From Amoeboradix gromovi X-113 (taxonomy: Eukaryota > Fungi > Sanchytriomycota), in the NCBI GenBank assembly GCA_018985225.1, contig JADGIF010000003.1:1-32000 (forward strand): a DNA stretch of 32,000 nucleotides, in the 5' to 3' direction. The notes under the pieces are model-generated. The model made no database searches, had not been told where the DNA came from, and saw only the letters and a list, made by a program, of their open reading frames with translations. Both the position numbers and the translations under genes were made by a program. Below are positions 1-9,575 of the stretch, in pieces (the first letter of the stretch is position 1; each line of letters opens with the position of its first letter).

Positions 1-71
1 TGATAGCATTTCCTCCGTATGGAGCACCTCCTTTAAAAACGAGTTAGTCTAGTTTTTATATTTGGTGTCCC
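1..71. mobile_element. Right end of MITE family 1 (Sola-like TIR), truncated by window start
   Basis: Nearly identical to 20750-20820 and 30392-30462; ends GTTAGTCTAGTTTTTATATTTGGTGTCCC, followed by ACAT. Confidence 0.85.
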
Positions 72-272
72 ACATATCTTGTCTTTCCAACTTTTGGACT
101 ATTTCCCATCTACGATTAAAGGAATATTTCTGTAGTTTGAGCAGTACCTAAATTAGCCATACACAAGCCATATACTGCTTCACAATCTTGGATTTGATCA
201 CTTGATACCGTCGGATCTTGGCTTTATCTCGTCGCCCTATAAAATCAACTGAACTCCAATTGATTGAAAATC

Positions 273-2140
273 ATGGTTTCCTCTTCAAGTTGTGGCTTCC
301 TTCAATCTCTTTTATGTGTGTTGATGTTTTCAACCACTTTAGGTCAAATTACTACATTGGAAGCCAAATACCAGAAAAATTCTGATATCAACTTCAATGT
401 AACAGATTCACACGATATTTCAAAAACTAGTGTATTTATTTCCAACAATCAAGGCCCTCACTTCTTCAACGTTCTAGTCAGAAAAGTTGATTCTAAATTA
501 GACCAAATTTCAGTTACATTACCAAGCACCTTTGCATCAGGAAAAGGGTTCTTTTTTGAAGTGGTTTATGAGGGAAAAGAGCATTACAGCTATAAATCCA
601 GTGAATTTGAAATTACTGGTTCGGGTTTTGAGATTTCTGATTCCAGTTTATCCTTCAGTTTTCCATCAAGAGACATTGTTGTTGACATTGACACTGTGTA
701 TGATGTGCAATTTAATCAGCATTATCTTTTTAAGCCCGTCAAGTTGTCTTCTTATTTGGTTCGCGCTGATTCTATAAATTTGGGTATCTTTCCCTTAAAT
801 GACAATTTATCTCCTGGGCATTTTTCATTTGAATGGAATGTTTCCTCTGATATAAGCACCTCCAAGTTTTATTACATCTACGTAGAAGCTGAATTTGAAA
901 ATACTAAATCTGGTTCCTTTTCGCCGCAATTTAGCATCAACAATCCAAACGATGTTGGAATAGCTGATGGTATTAACGTTAAATTTAATTTTCCTAAATC
1001 TTCGAATGTTTTATTGATTAATGAGCAGTACACAATTTCTTGGGATTACTTAGTGGAACCAACATCTACAGTGGTAGTGCAGTTGCTGAAAACTAATAAC
1101 AACGAGATTAAAATTGCTTCCAATTTGGGGGTTATTGACAACTCGCAATCTGCTGTAGTCGATGGTGCATTTAATGTTACGGTTCCTAATGTGTCTCCAG
1201 GTAACTTTTACCAAATCTTGTTAACTGGAAAAATGAATAATGATTTTGTGTTTAGCGAGTTATCTCAAGTATTCTCCATAGACATAACTAATGATAATGG
1301 GCTACTATTTACTTTACCGCAAGTTGACGATTTGTACTTTGTAAATCAAGAATATGATGTTAATTTTAACTTTACTGGTTCAAAAGTACCAAAATCTGTT
1401 GAATTCGAGCTATGTAAAGGTGCATTCGATACTTTTCCTATCGACCAGACTATAGCCGAAGATGCGTCTAAGTTGACTGACTTTGTTGATGGTAAAATCA
1501 GTGAATTATCTTTTAGAATCCCTGTATTTACTGTCTCCTCTATAATCACTTTGAATTACGACAACTATCAGTCTACTGATGGGTTTACTTTTCAGATTCC
1601 ATTTTTTGTTACTTCTGGTAAGGACTACTTTATTAGAGCTCAAATAAAGTACCAAGATGATTTGGTGAAACAGTTCAGTTCTCCAAGCTTTGCAGTCCAA
1701 GGAGGTTCAGGTATTTTGTTAATAACTTAGATTCAAGTGTAGTGCAAGTTAGTTTACCAATTCCAGGCCAAGTGCTAAAGATTGGAGATGTGTATAACAT
1801 TGGATGGACTCTACATGCAATAGGCTCTGTCAACAGTCTAACAATTGAGTTATTCAGAGCTACAGATGTTGTAGTAGATAGGCAAATTAAAACGCAGGTG
1901 ACAAAAGTAAAATCTATTGCAGAAAACCTACAGCCTAGAAAGATTACATTCATGTGGACTGTTGATAGTGATTTGGATCCCGAAGGTAGCTATTACATTA
2001 GAGTTGTTGGGCATACAGACACAGAGGATATTGTGGGAGTTGGTGGTGAATTCTATATTAGTACTGCCGCAATTCCATTGAGATTCCGAGTGCTAAAGAG
2101 GGATTACTCATCAGTGCAGAAAATGGTAAGCGCTTACTAG
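273..2140 (+). CDS. Secreted/surface protein with about five Ig-like beta repeats (Kre9/Knh1 N-terminal / Ser-Thr-rich GPI-family-like); exons 273-1710 and 1731-2140
   Basis: Hydrophobic N-terminus (FLQSLLCVLMFSTTLG). Repeating unit F-x-F/LP...Y-x-I/V-x-W/F...Y-Y/F-I...S-x-x-F-x-I. Removing GTATTTTGTTAATAACTTAG (1711-1730) joins ORFs 264-1730 and 1742-2140 in frame (GGS-D-SSVVQVSLP). Family name is by motif resemblance only. Confidence 0.7.
1711..1730 (+). other. 20-nt spliceosomal intron
   Basis: GTATTTTGTTAATAACTTAG; removal fuses two ORFs that carry the same repeat. Confidence 0.8.
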
Positions 2141-2161
2141 TAAATGAGATTTATTTTTTAT

Positions 2162-4249
2162 TTATTGCTTTATTAATTCAGGTTGCGATTTTGATTCCAA
2201 ATGAGATGAATCGATGGCAGCGTTTACTTTCTGCAATGATCTACCATACTTGTCAAAATCTTCATCAGTGATAGGAATAGTTAAACCATCATGAGCTGGT
2301 ACTATTTTGTATTTCGACTTTTCACACTCCTTTAAAATAGATTCTGGGTGATGCTGCTTAAACTTGGTGCTGAAATGAGTTAAAATCATTCTCTTTGCTT
2401 TAGATTCCATAAACACTCTATTCGCATCAGATAGAGTAGAATGTTGTTTGCTAAAAGCATTTTCTACATCATGCGATTCAAAAGTACACTCATGAACCAG
2501 CAAATCACAGTTAGACGCTAAATTAGAAAGACCTTGGCAATACCTAGTATCACCACTGTATACGAACGTAAACCCATCAGTGCATATTTTAACTGCGTTA
2601 GCCTGTCCTGGGTGATTAACGGGGATAGTATCAAATTGAATGTCTAACTGTTTTAAAAAGTGTGATTTAAATTGCAGATTAACTTTGTTGAAGTTAAAAG
2701 TAGACAATCTAGAATCAGACTGATACTCTATAGGAGTAAACCAGTTAGATAGCAGTAAATGGATACGATCAAAGTCGATGTATTCCAATTGCTTGGATAG
2801 CTGAGTAAGCCAATGCAGTAGTTTTGGAGTAACTACAACGAATAGGCTAGTGTTTTTAGTACACTCAGACCACCTTTTTAATATGTTTTGTAAACCACTA
2901 TGATGATCAGCATGGCCGTGGGAAATATAAATACATCTCAATGCACTCCAGTACTCCTTCTCTTTTAACCAGTTCTCTTCATCAGTCAAGGTACCATTAC
3001 GAACAGAGAATATTATAGATCTTAAAGTGTCTTCACCAGGATCTAATAAGAATCTTTTGTTCTTGTAAAACAAACTGTACCCAGAAACATTTTGATTCAC
3101 TTGAGGGATAGCTGAGCCAGTGCCATATGCAGTGAAAATAGGTACGTTATCAGGCAAAATGAGTGGTTTTGTTACTTCAATGGGATTGTATTTGCGAATG
3201 GTCTTCGTAAACAACGGATACATTGAGAAATCAATAAAGCTTTCATCCCACATTATACCGGAGGAGGGAGAGAAATATTTGGACACGCTGCTCAACTTTT
3301 GAATCTGCTGTTGATAAAACGGTAAACCAACATCGGACTTGATATCTATTAGATGATGAGTAGCATTGGAAAGGGAAGTGACAATGGATTGATACTCAGG
3401 AGAGTTGTAAATGTTACTTGTAGTAGAGTGAACTACCAAGATATCTAAACTGCGAAAATTAGAGGTATAAATGTTTAAATACGGATGGGTAGCGAGATCT
3501 TCACAGTATTCCATGCTAGGGCAATTAAGTAACAAAATAATTCTACCAAATCTAGGAGGGCCACTGATCATGTCTAAATTTATCTTTTTGCCATTTAGAA
3601 CGTACTCTTGATTTGCACTAATAATTCTGAGGTCACGCCTAGGGATTTTAAGCTTATCAACCGCGTCGATATCTATTTTACCACGAAATGAAGGTAGATG
3701 AATACACCAACTAAGTAAAGTTGTATCTACTGCATTTGACTTGACCACTTTTTTCCTCTTAACTGTGCTGCCTTTTTTAACAAACATCGGAAACACTTTA
3801 ATATGGGCGTCTTCATAAAACGACAATTCACGGTTAATTTTAATTCCAGGCTCGCCATTTGATATTCTACAGAGTTTATCAAACTTGATGTCCTTAATTA
3901 CTTGTTTTTTTTGTATTTCGTCTTCCAAATTTGATCTCAAGAAATCGAAAATGGTTGCATGTGGAAGTCTTTCTGTGAAAATAGACATGGCTTGAACATA
4001 ATCATTCATATTCGATGCAAATATGCTAGTATGTTTTCCTGATACACTATTGGTCATTAAAAGTCCGAATAGTCCAGTACTATTTTGACGATCAGATAAG
4101 AAAACGTGAGACACATTCTGTAGTGACAATCTGGCATGCATTACATCTCTTTGAAAACCCTCGTTGGGACCGAACACATAACAGCTTGAAGGTGTTGTTA
4201 GTAAAATAGACTTACCAATTATCTTCAAGTCAATCGACATCCGGGACAT
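2162..4249 (-). CDS. TRZ1: tRNase Z, long form (ELAC2/Trz1)
   Basis: YVFGPNEGFQR N-terminal motif, GTGSAIP..NVS, LLDPGE, SHGHADHHSG (HxHxDH), YSGDTR, HECTF, HST, ILTHFS. Alternative start ATG at 4240. Confidence 0.93.
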   Translation of the reverse strand: MSRMSIDLKIIGKSILLTTPSSCYVFGPNEGFQRDVMHARLSLQNVSHVFLSDRQNSTGLFGLLMTNSVSGKHTSIFASNMNDYVQAMSIFTERLPHATIFDFLRSNLEDEIQKKQVIKDIKFDKLCRISNGEPGIKINRELSFYEDAHIKVFPMFVKKGSTVKRKKVVKSNAVDTTLLSWCIHLPSFRGKIDIDAVDKLKIPRRDLRIISANQEYVLNGKKINLDMISGPPRFGRIILLLNCPSMEYCEDLATHPYLNIYTSNFRSLDILVVHSTTSNIYNSPEYQSIVTSLSNATHHLIDIKSDVGLPFYQQQIQKLSSVSKYFSPSSGIMWDESFIDFSMYPLFTKTIRKYNPIEVTKPLILPDNVPIFTAYGTGSAIPQVNQNVSGYSLFYKNKRFLLDPGEDTLRSIIFSVRNGTLTDEENWLKEKEYWSALRCIYISHGHADHHSGLQNILKRWSECTKNTSLFVVVTPKLLHWLTQLSKQLEYIDFDRIHLLLSNWFTPIEYQSDSRLSTFNFNKVNLQFKSHFLKQLDIQFDTIPVNHPGQANAVKICTDGFTFVYSGDTRYCQGLSNLASNCDLLVHECTFESHDVENAFSKQHSTLSDANRVFMESKAKRMILTHFSTKFKQHHPESILKECEKSKYKIVPAHDGLTIPITDEDFDKYGRSLQKVNAAIDSSHLESKSQPELIKQ

Positions 4250-5553
4250 GTACTGTGAAAAGTAAACTGGAGGGGTAAAAGGGATGAGAAGAAAAACACA
4301 ACACCCAGTTCGAGCACTTAAAGCTATACATCATTTAATAACAACATAAATACATTTACTAATACAGTAAGGGACTAACTCCAGTATGCGACACTGAAAC
4401 ATACAGCCTGAAAATTACTTACTCATATCGTAGCTTTCTCACTGAGTGCAATAGTCTGGACAACCTAGATCTATATACACAAGCTCTTTCTAGAGCAAGA
4501 AGCTATTTGTTGCTTAACTGCATAAACAATGGCCATTTAAAGCCTTCCAAGTTATTTCTGCCATCCTTGATTTTCTCATGGGTGTATATCCAAGTTCGAA
4601 GCAATAAGCCCTCGTATGGCAACTTGATCCAGCTCACAAACCAATACATTAACTAAGAAGATCCTCAAACAAAAATGGCAACCTGGTGTGCAACCCAAGT
4701 GCTTTACGAAGTCTCTAAACTACGGGCTTGCCTATTTATTTTAATCAGTACTAAAAGTAAATCAACTGGCTTAATTCGAATCAAAAAGAACTAATATAAG
4801 CAATTATGGACATACTTTTCAGTTGGTCATATCTTCTTCTCACAAGTTTACGCTTTCATCTATACGATCCAACCTGTCATGAGCTTAGGCAGGAATGATT
4901 GTTAACAAAGATTCCAAATTAATTAAAAAACGGGAGATTTGATGTATGTAAAGCCCATTCTGACAACATGTACTAATTTTGAAGTAAGAGGAACACCTAG
5001 GAACCACACTAGATAACCCATCATCATTGATTCATCATGCTCAATGAGAAAATGCTTGATGGCATATTATGGGAACATCATTCCAGGGGTCCTCCAACTT
5101 GGACTTGGAAATTTTCTGAATTGGGTACCAAATACAAAAATTGAGTTAGGAAAGGCGATGACTGCGAATATGAGACTAGTACATACGATTGGTGCCTTAG
5201 CATCTTCTTGGTTTCGGAACATCCAAAGATTGCTACAGCTGTTATGGTGGAGTGATCACGGGTATAAGAGCATTCAGCAATCTAATAGAGATCCAAAGCT
5301 AAACGGGTTTACTTCCTCTGCTTTACTCATGGGTCAAGATGTAAATGAATGTGACAACAATCATCAAGTCATAAAAAGTCAAGTGAGTAGCAGTCCTTAC
5401 CACACTAGAAATGAAGAGAAAGTGTTTGCAACGAATATTGACATAAAGCATGGGTGATAAAATATGGGATATTTCTGCTTGACTAGTTTCATCAATAAGG
5501 ATGGGACACCAACTTTTAAAATTCAATAAAATGTGAAACTTCGATTAAACCAA

Positions 5554-6534
5554 ATGGAAACATACTCTGAACTTTTAAAAGCTGCGCCCCTACTGATAAG
5601 CTCCAGTAATAAAAGAGATAACATAATTAAAGTTGGTGATTTATGTAGAGAGTTGGAAAAGATTTTAAAATGTCCAACAAATCCACATTTAAAGTTTGCA
5701 CTTAAGTTGGAATTAGCTCAGCAGAAAGTAGATTATAAAGAGATAGTCAAGGATATTCTGCTGTACTACAAGCCTTATCTCTCTGTTCATCAGATAATAA
5801 TGACGATTTATACAAATCTTACTTTAAGAATCGAAGACAAGGAAGAGTGCAAAAAGACAATGGAATCACTATACCAGGTTCAGGAAGAATCTCAAATGCG
5901 TATGGAGTTGATATCTTTGCAAAAAAGCAGTGACACTCTGGATCATTTTTTAAACACGCAATATGAGGACACAATTAGCAGAAACTCTAGCTTAAATCCT
6001 TACCAGTTAAGGTATATAATTACGCAATACAAAGAGAGACAGGCTGAGATTGACTCTATGAAATCTAAATTACAAGCCCACTTGAACGTACTTGATGACA
6101 ACGCTCAAAAGTGGAAAGAGATAAACAATAATCTGGATTTAAACAGACACAAGGGCCACCTTGATAAACTGATTGATATTTATCAAAAGCGCAATATATC
6201 TCGTGTCAAACTGAGCAATTTAGATGAGGAAATCGACAATTCAAGCAATGTATCCGTCAATTTGATAGACCCACATGCTCAGCCATCCCCTAAACTAATC
6301 CAGAGGTTTTCTTTCAGCATACCTGACGAAGATCCAACTTTCAGCGATGTAATGGACGAATTGCAAATAGTGCATGCTACTGAACAAGTTACAAATGATA
6401 AATCGAATCCAAATACAAGGCAATTCAGCATAAATCATTTAGAGGATTATCTAGAGTTTAAAAAGGCAGATATGGCTAGCATTCCGGAACTGGATTTACA
6501 CTTGGAATTGTTGGAGAAGACCAAGCAAAAATGA
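5554..6534 (+). CDS. Hypothetical helical/coiled-coil protein
   Basis: Long ORF (first ATG 5554) rich in E/K/L/Q; no family recognised. Confidence 0.7.
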   Translation: METYSELLKAAPLLISSSNKRDNIIKVGDLCRELEKILKCPTNPHLKFALKLELAQQKVDYKEIVKDILLYYKPYLSVHQIIMTIYTNLTLRIEDKEECKKTMESLYQVQEESQMRMELISLQKSSDTLDHFLNTQYEDTISRNSSLNPYQLRYIITQYKERQAEIDSMKSKLQAHLNVLDDNAQKWKEINNNLDLNRHKGHLDKLIDIYQKRNISRVKLSNLDEEIDNSSNVSVNLIDPHAQPSPKLIQRFSFSIPDEDPTFSDVMDELQIVHATEQVTNDKSNPNTRQFSINHLEDYLEFKKADMASIPELDLHLELLEKTKQK

Positions 6535-6632
6535 AATTAAATAAAACCAAAATAAATCAAAATGTTAGTTCAGTTATCTTCTATTTGTACTTCTGTGTCT
6601 TGTTTTCTATTTTACTACTATTTTACTAAACA

Positions 6633-7511
6633 ATGGAGCTTGAGTTTGACCAATGCTGTACACTGATTAAAAAGCTGCTTACTAAATCGAGCACGCTTTA
6701 TCAGTACTTGGATCTTGTGAATCAGCAGAATCAGACCTTTTTATTAAACGGGTACATCTTGCAGTACAACACAATCAAATATTGCTTATCCAAAATTAAA
6801 GAAGAAGTAGAAGAGGAATTAGCTTTGGATTATACGCCGTTAGACGAGTACCTAGAGAGTAGAATGTGCTCAATCCCTGATAGACCAATGAATACAAGTC
6901 GCAAGTTAGTTCTCAAGGGCATTAATGAGTGCATGGAAGAGAACAAAGACAGTTGTAATGTAATAGCTAATAGACTAGTTGAATCACTCACTGGTGACAC
7001 TAGTTATATTCTAGTAGCAGGTGATGTTGAGCATTACTTTAGAGTAATAGATAAATCGTTGATTGAGAACCATTTATTTATCTGCCTAGACATGGATCAA
7101 GCGCATGCATTGGGTAAATATGGATTGAAGGTTCTCTTCATTCTTGAGTCTCATTTGTTTTCCATAATGCCAAAGATAGACAAAGTCTTGTTAAATATTC
7201 ATCTCTTGCTTAGCTCTACTTCCATTGTCGCAAAAACTGGTACTTCTAATATTTGTTCCATCGCAAAGTACTTTAGAATACCTGTTATTGCCACTGTTCC
7301 AAATCAAGCCATTTCTAGTCAACACGCAGAACAATTAATCGACGTGAAACAGCTGCAGCTACCCCGTCCAGTAAAAGCAAATGGAATTAAATCACAGTAT
7401 GATATTATTCCAATAGATCATGTGGATATACTAGTAACTAGCCAGGGAATTTATTCAAGCACTTATGCATATCAGTTAACTCGAGAATTTGCAAGAGGAT
7501 TTGAGGTTTAA
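6633..7511 (+). CDS. GCD7: Translation initiation factor eIF2B beta subunit (divergent)
   Basis: FSIMPKIDKVLL..TGT....AKYFRIPV and YDIIP..V.ILVT..G....Y.Y.L..E match the eIF2B-beta (IF-2B family) C-terminal pattern. Confidence 0.8.
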   Translation: MELEFDQCCTLIKKLLTKSSTLYQYLDLVNQQNQTFLLNGYILQYNTIKYCLSKIKEEVEEELALDYTPLDEYLESRMCSIPDRPMNTSRKLVLKGINECMEENKDSCNVIANRLVESLTGDTSYILVAGDVEHYFRVIDKSLIENHLFICLDMDQAHALGKYGLKVLFILESHLFSIMPKIDKVLLNIHLLLSSTSIVAKTGTSNICSIAKYFRIPVIATVPNQAISSQHAEQLIDVKQLQLPRPVKANGIKSQYDIIPIDHVDILVTSQGIYSSTYAYQLTREFARGFEV

Positions 7512-7534
7512 AAATAAATTTAATCATATATAAT

Positions 7535-8566
7535 TTACTTGTCGAATGCCGTAACTCTCATGTTATCATAATGGGCATCTTGAAATGAATGAATCCCTTG
7601 CTGACGTGAATCATTTGAAATATTTGTTTGGTCACTGGTAGTCTGAGCCAAAGTGCTGTCGTCAAGATTTGAAAATCGTGGCTGAGGTAGATTTGCAGGC
7701 TGACCATAATTGCTATCATGTATAAATTCAGATGCGTAGGGGTTCGGGCCACCATACCCAGCATTATCATAATAGGTGGGTTTACCATTGTAGTTGTCCC
7801 TTAAAGAGTCAGAACTTGGTTGAAGAGAATTGTAACTAGAAGAGAAGGCTTGCACCTCTTCCCGTTTCCTGGATTTTCGTTTAAACAAGTAAATTGCAAT
7901 TCCCACAACCAGCAGAACAGCAGCAACAATCATAAGCACAATGGCATATATGGGAAGCTCCTGGGGGCTGCTGTTACCGCCTTCACTTAGTTCCAACTCC
8001 GAATATGATTTACCACATTTTTCCTGAATGTTGTCTTTAGCCAAGGATACAGCGTTGGGGCTTGGCATGTTATTCGCAAATTCAGCTTTACCCTTTAAAT
8101 AATCATAGTTCTCTATCATCTTAGCCATGGATACTCGTGTACAGGCATTGCATGAGATGGAGCCTTCCGTATTATTAGAAAGTACAGTATAATCCGATCC
8201 TTTTTCCTTTAGTAGCTTCATTCGCTCCACTAGACAGTTCTTGGAAGTATCCGATGGACTAGTCATGCATCCAGAATCCCAGTATCTCAACAAAAGACTT
8301 CCATCGCTCCCGGATCGAGTAAGACAACTTGAAAATGCTTTTATCGCGTTGTGACAACTCTCTTGACAGTATGCATTTACTTCATCGATTTGAGTGCTTA
8401 ATGAGCCTGAGTCTTCATGAGTTGCAGTACATGACAGTATGCTGGATTCATATTCAGCAGATAAAGTGCAGCTTATATTTGAATATTTAAGTGGGGGATT
8501 AAACATCAAGTATCCCGGTGATCCTGGCAGTGATAAGAATGTGTAACTCCATGAAGTGATAGTCAT
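7535..8566 (-). CDS. Single-pass membrane protein with Cys-rich ectodomain
   Basis: About 10 Cys in the N-terminal half, TM helix IYAIVLMIVAAVLLVVGIAIYLF followed by KRKSRKR, low-complexity tail. No clear signal peptide. Confidence 0.75.
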   Translation of the reverse strand: MTITSWSYTFLSLPGSPGYLMFNPPLKYSNISCTLSAEYESSILSCTATHEDSGSLSTQIDEVNAYCQESCHNAIKAFSSCLTRSGSDGSLLLRYWDSGCMTSPSDTSKNCLVERMKLLKEKGSDYTVLSNNTEGSISCNACTRVSMAKMIENYDYLKGKAEFANNMPSPNAVSLAKDNIQEKCGKSYSELELSEGGNSSPQELPIYAIVLMIVAAVLLVVGIAIYLFKRKSRKREEVQAFSSSYNSLQPSSDSLRDNYNGKPTYYDNAGYGGPNPYASEFIHDSNYGQPANLPQPRFSNLDDSTLAQTTSDQTNISNDSRQQGIHSFQDAHYDNMRVTAFDK

Positions 8567-8651
8567 TTAAGAGTTTGAATGTAAGGAGACGATGTTTCTT
8601 GGGGTCTGCAACGTTTTGTACCTCCATGAATGCTCATTCTTATAAGCTCCT

Positions 8652-8757
8652 CGTTAAAAGTCCTGATTTCCGAGAAAATCGAGAACTTCCACAGAGAAAC
8701 TAGCAATGCTAGATGCTCCGTTACAATGATTGCTCACACTTTTACTACCCCGAGGCG
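8652..8757 (-). ncRNA. Putative Fanzor omegaRNA scaffold / element right end, copy 1
   Basis: Directly 3' of the RuvC-III codons; homologous to 30579-30683 and 15081-15152. Stems ACGGAG/CTCTGT, CTAGC/GCTAG and GATTT/AAATC. Confidence 0.6.
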
Positions 8758-8769
8758 AAGTTAAATAAG

Positions 8770-9066
8770 GGTACATACATTTGATGTATATGTTCCTTGC
8801 TGTCATATGGTCTCTATCTATTTCCAAATGACAGTTGGTACAAGTGTAGGTTTCTAAGTTGGTCTCTTTATAGTACCACACCTTATACATGTCTGACTAG
8901 TAAATGATTCATTACATTCGATTATCGTCTTTCCTCTTTGTTTGCACTTGAACTTCAAGCGTTCCTTGAATGTGTAATGGGACATTGTGGCCATATTTTT
9001 TGCGTCCTTGCTCGATAAGCTACTTATCATTTGACTAGTATTGAACGATGGCAAATATATAAGGTC
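8770..9066 (-). pseudogene. Fanzor (TnpB-like) C-terminal remnant, frameshifted
   Basis: DLIYLPSFNTSQM...MSHYTFKERLKFKC...IIECNESFTSQTCIRCG then, after a frameshift near 8855, ETYTCTNC...IDRDHMTARNIYIK. This gives the shifted RuvC-II Glu, a CxxC-CxxC zinc finger and RuvC-III DRD. RuvC-I and the N-terminus are not seen. Confidence 0.9.
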
Positions 9067-9575
9067 TTATGTATTTGTATGCCGTACCTGTTAGTTATTT
9101 CTTTAGATTTGGCATATTCGGGATTACATCCGTTCATTCCATTTACCATTTGCGAAAGGAAGAATATCGAGTATTTAAGCTATTGGAAAAGTCATGAAAT
9201 TATATAAAAATGCATACAAATTCGAGATAAATGATTTATTCAAGAAAACAATCGAGCTGTTACTCATAATTTTTGGGGCGCAATGAGTTTTCAACGCTAT
9301 CTTTAATTCATTTTGTAACTCCATAAATTGGTGCAATGACAAGAGTTAGATGACAACAATTATGCAAAGAGAACGTGTTTATTTGGGTTTACATTTATTC
9401 ACCACCTTAGTATATCAAAAAACGGTGGCTAATACGAGAAGCAAGTGATACAGTTTTCTATTTGTTACTACTGCCTTTCAAATAATGATTTCCAAAGGTC
9501 CTGGATTTTTTCTATTTTTGTAGAGTACGCCTCGTGTATAAAATTCATGGGGTACCACCCCTTTATTTACAGGAT

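Noticed and set aside
2126-2140. GTAAGCGCTTACTAG as a 15-nt intron
   Set aside because: Not needed to complete the ORF and does not fit the intron consensus.
5044-5526. ORFs 5044-5457 and 5323-5526
   Set aside because: No recognisable motifs; they lie in a probably decayed intergenic region, so coding status is unsupported.
8854-8876. 23-nt GT-AG segment that would repair the Fanzor frameshift
   Set aside because: Would leave only 4 residues between the two CxxC pairs, too short for the zinc ribbon.
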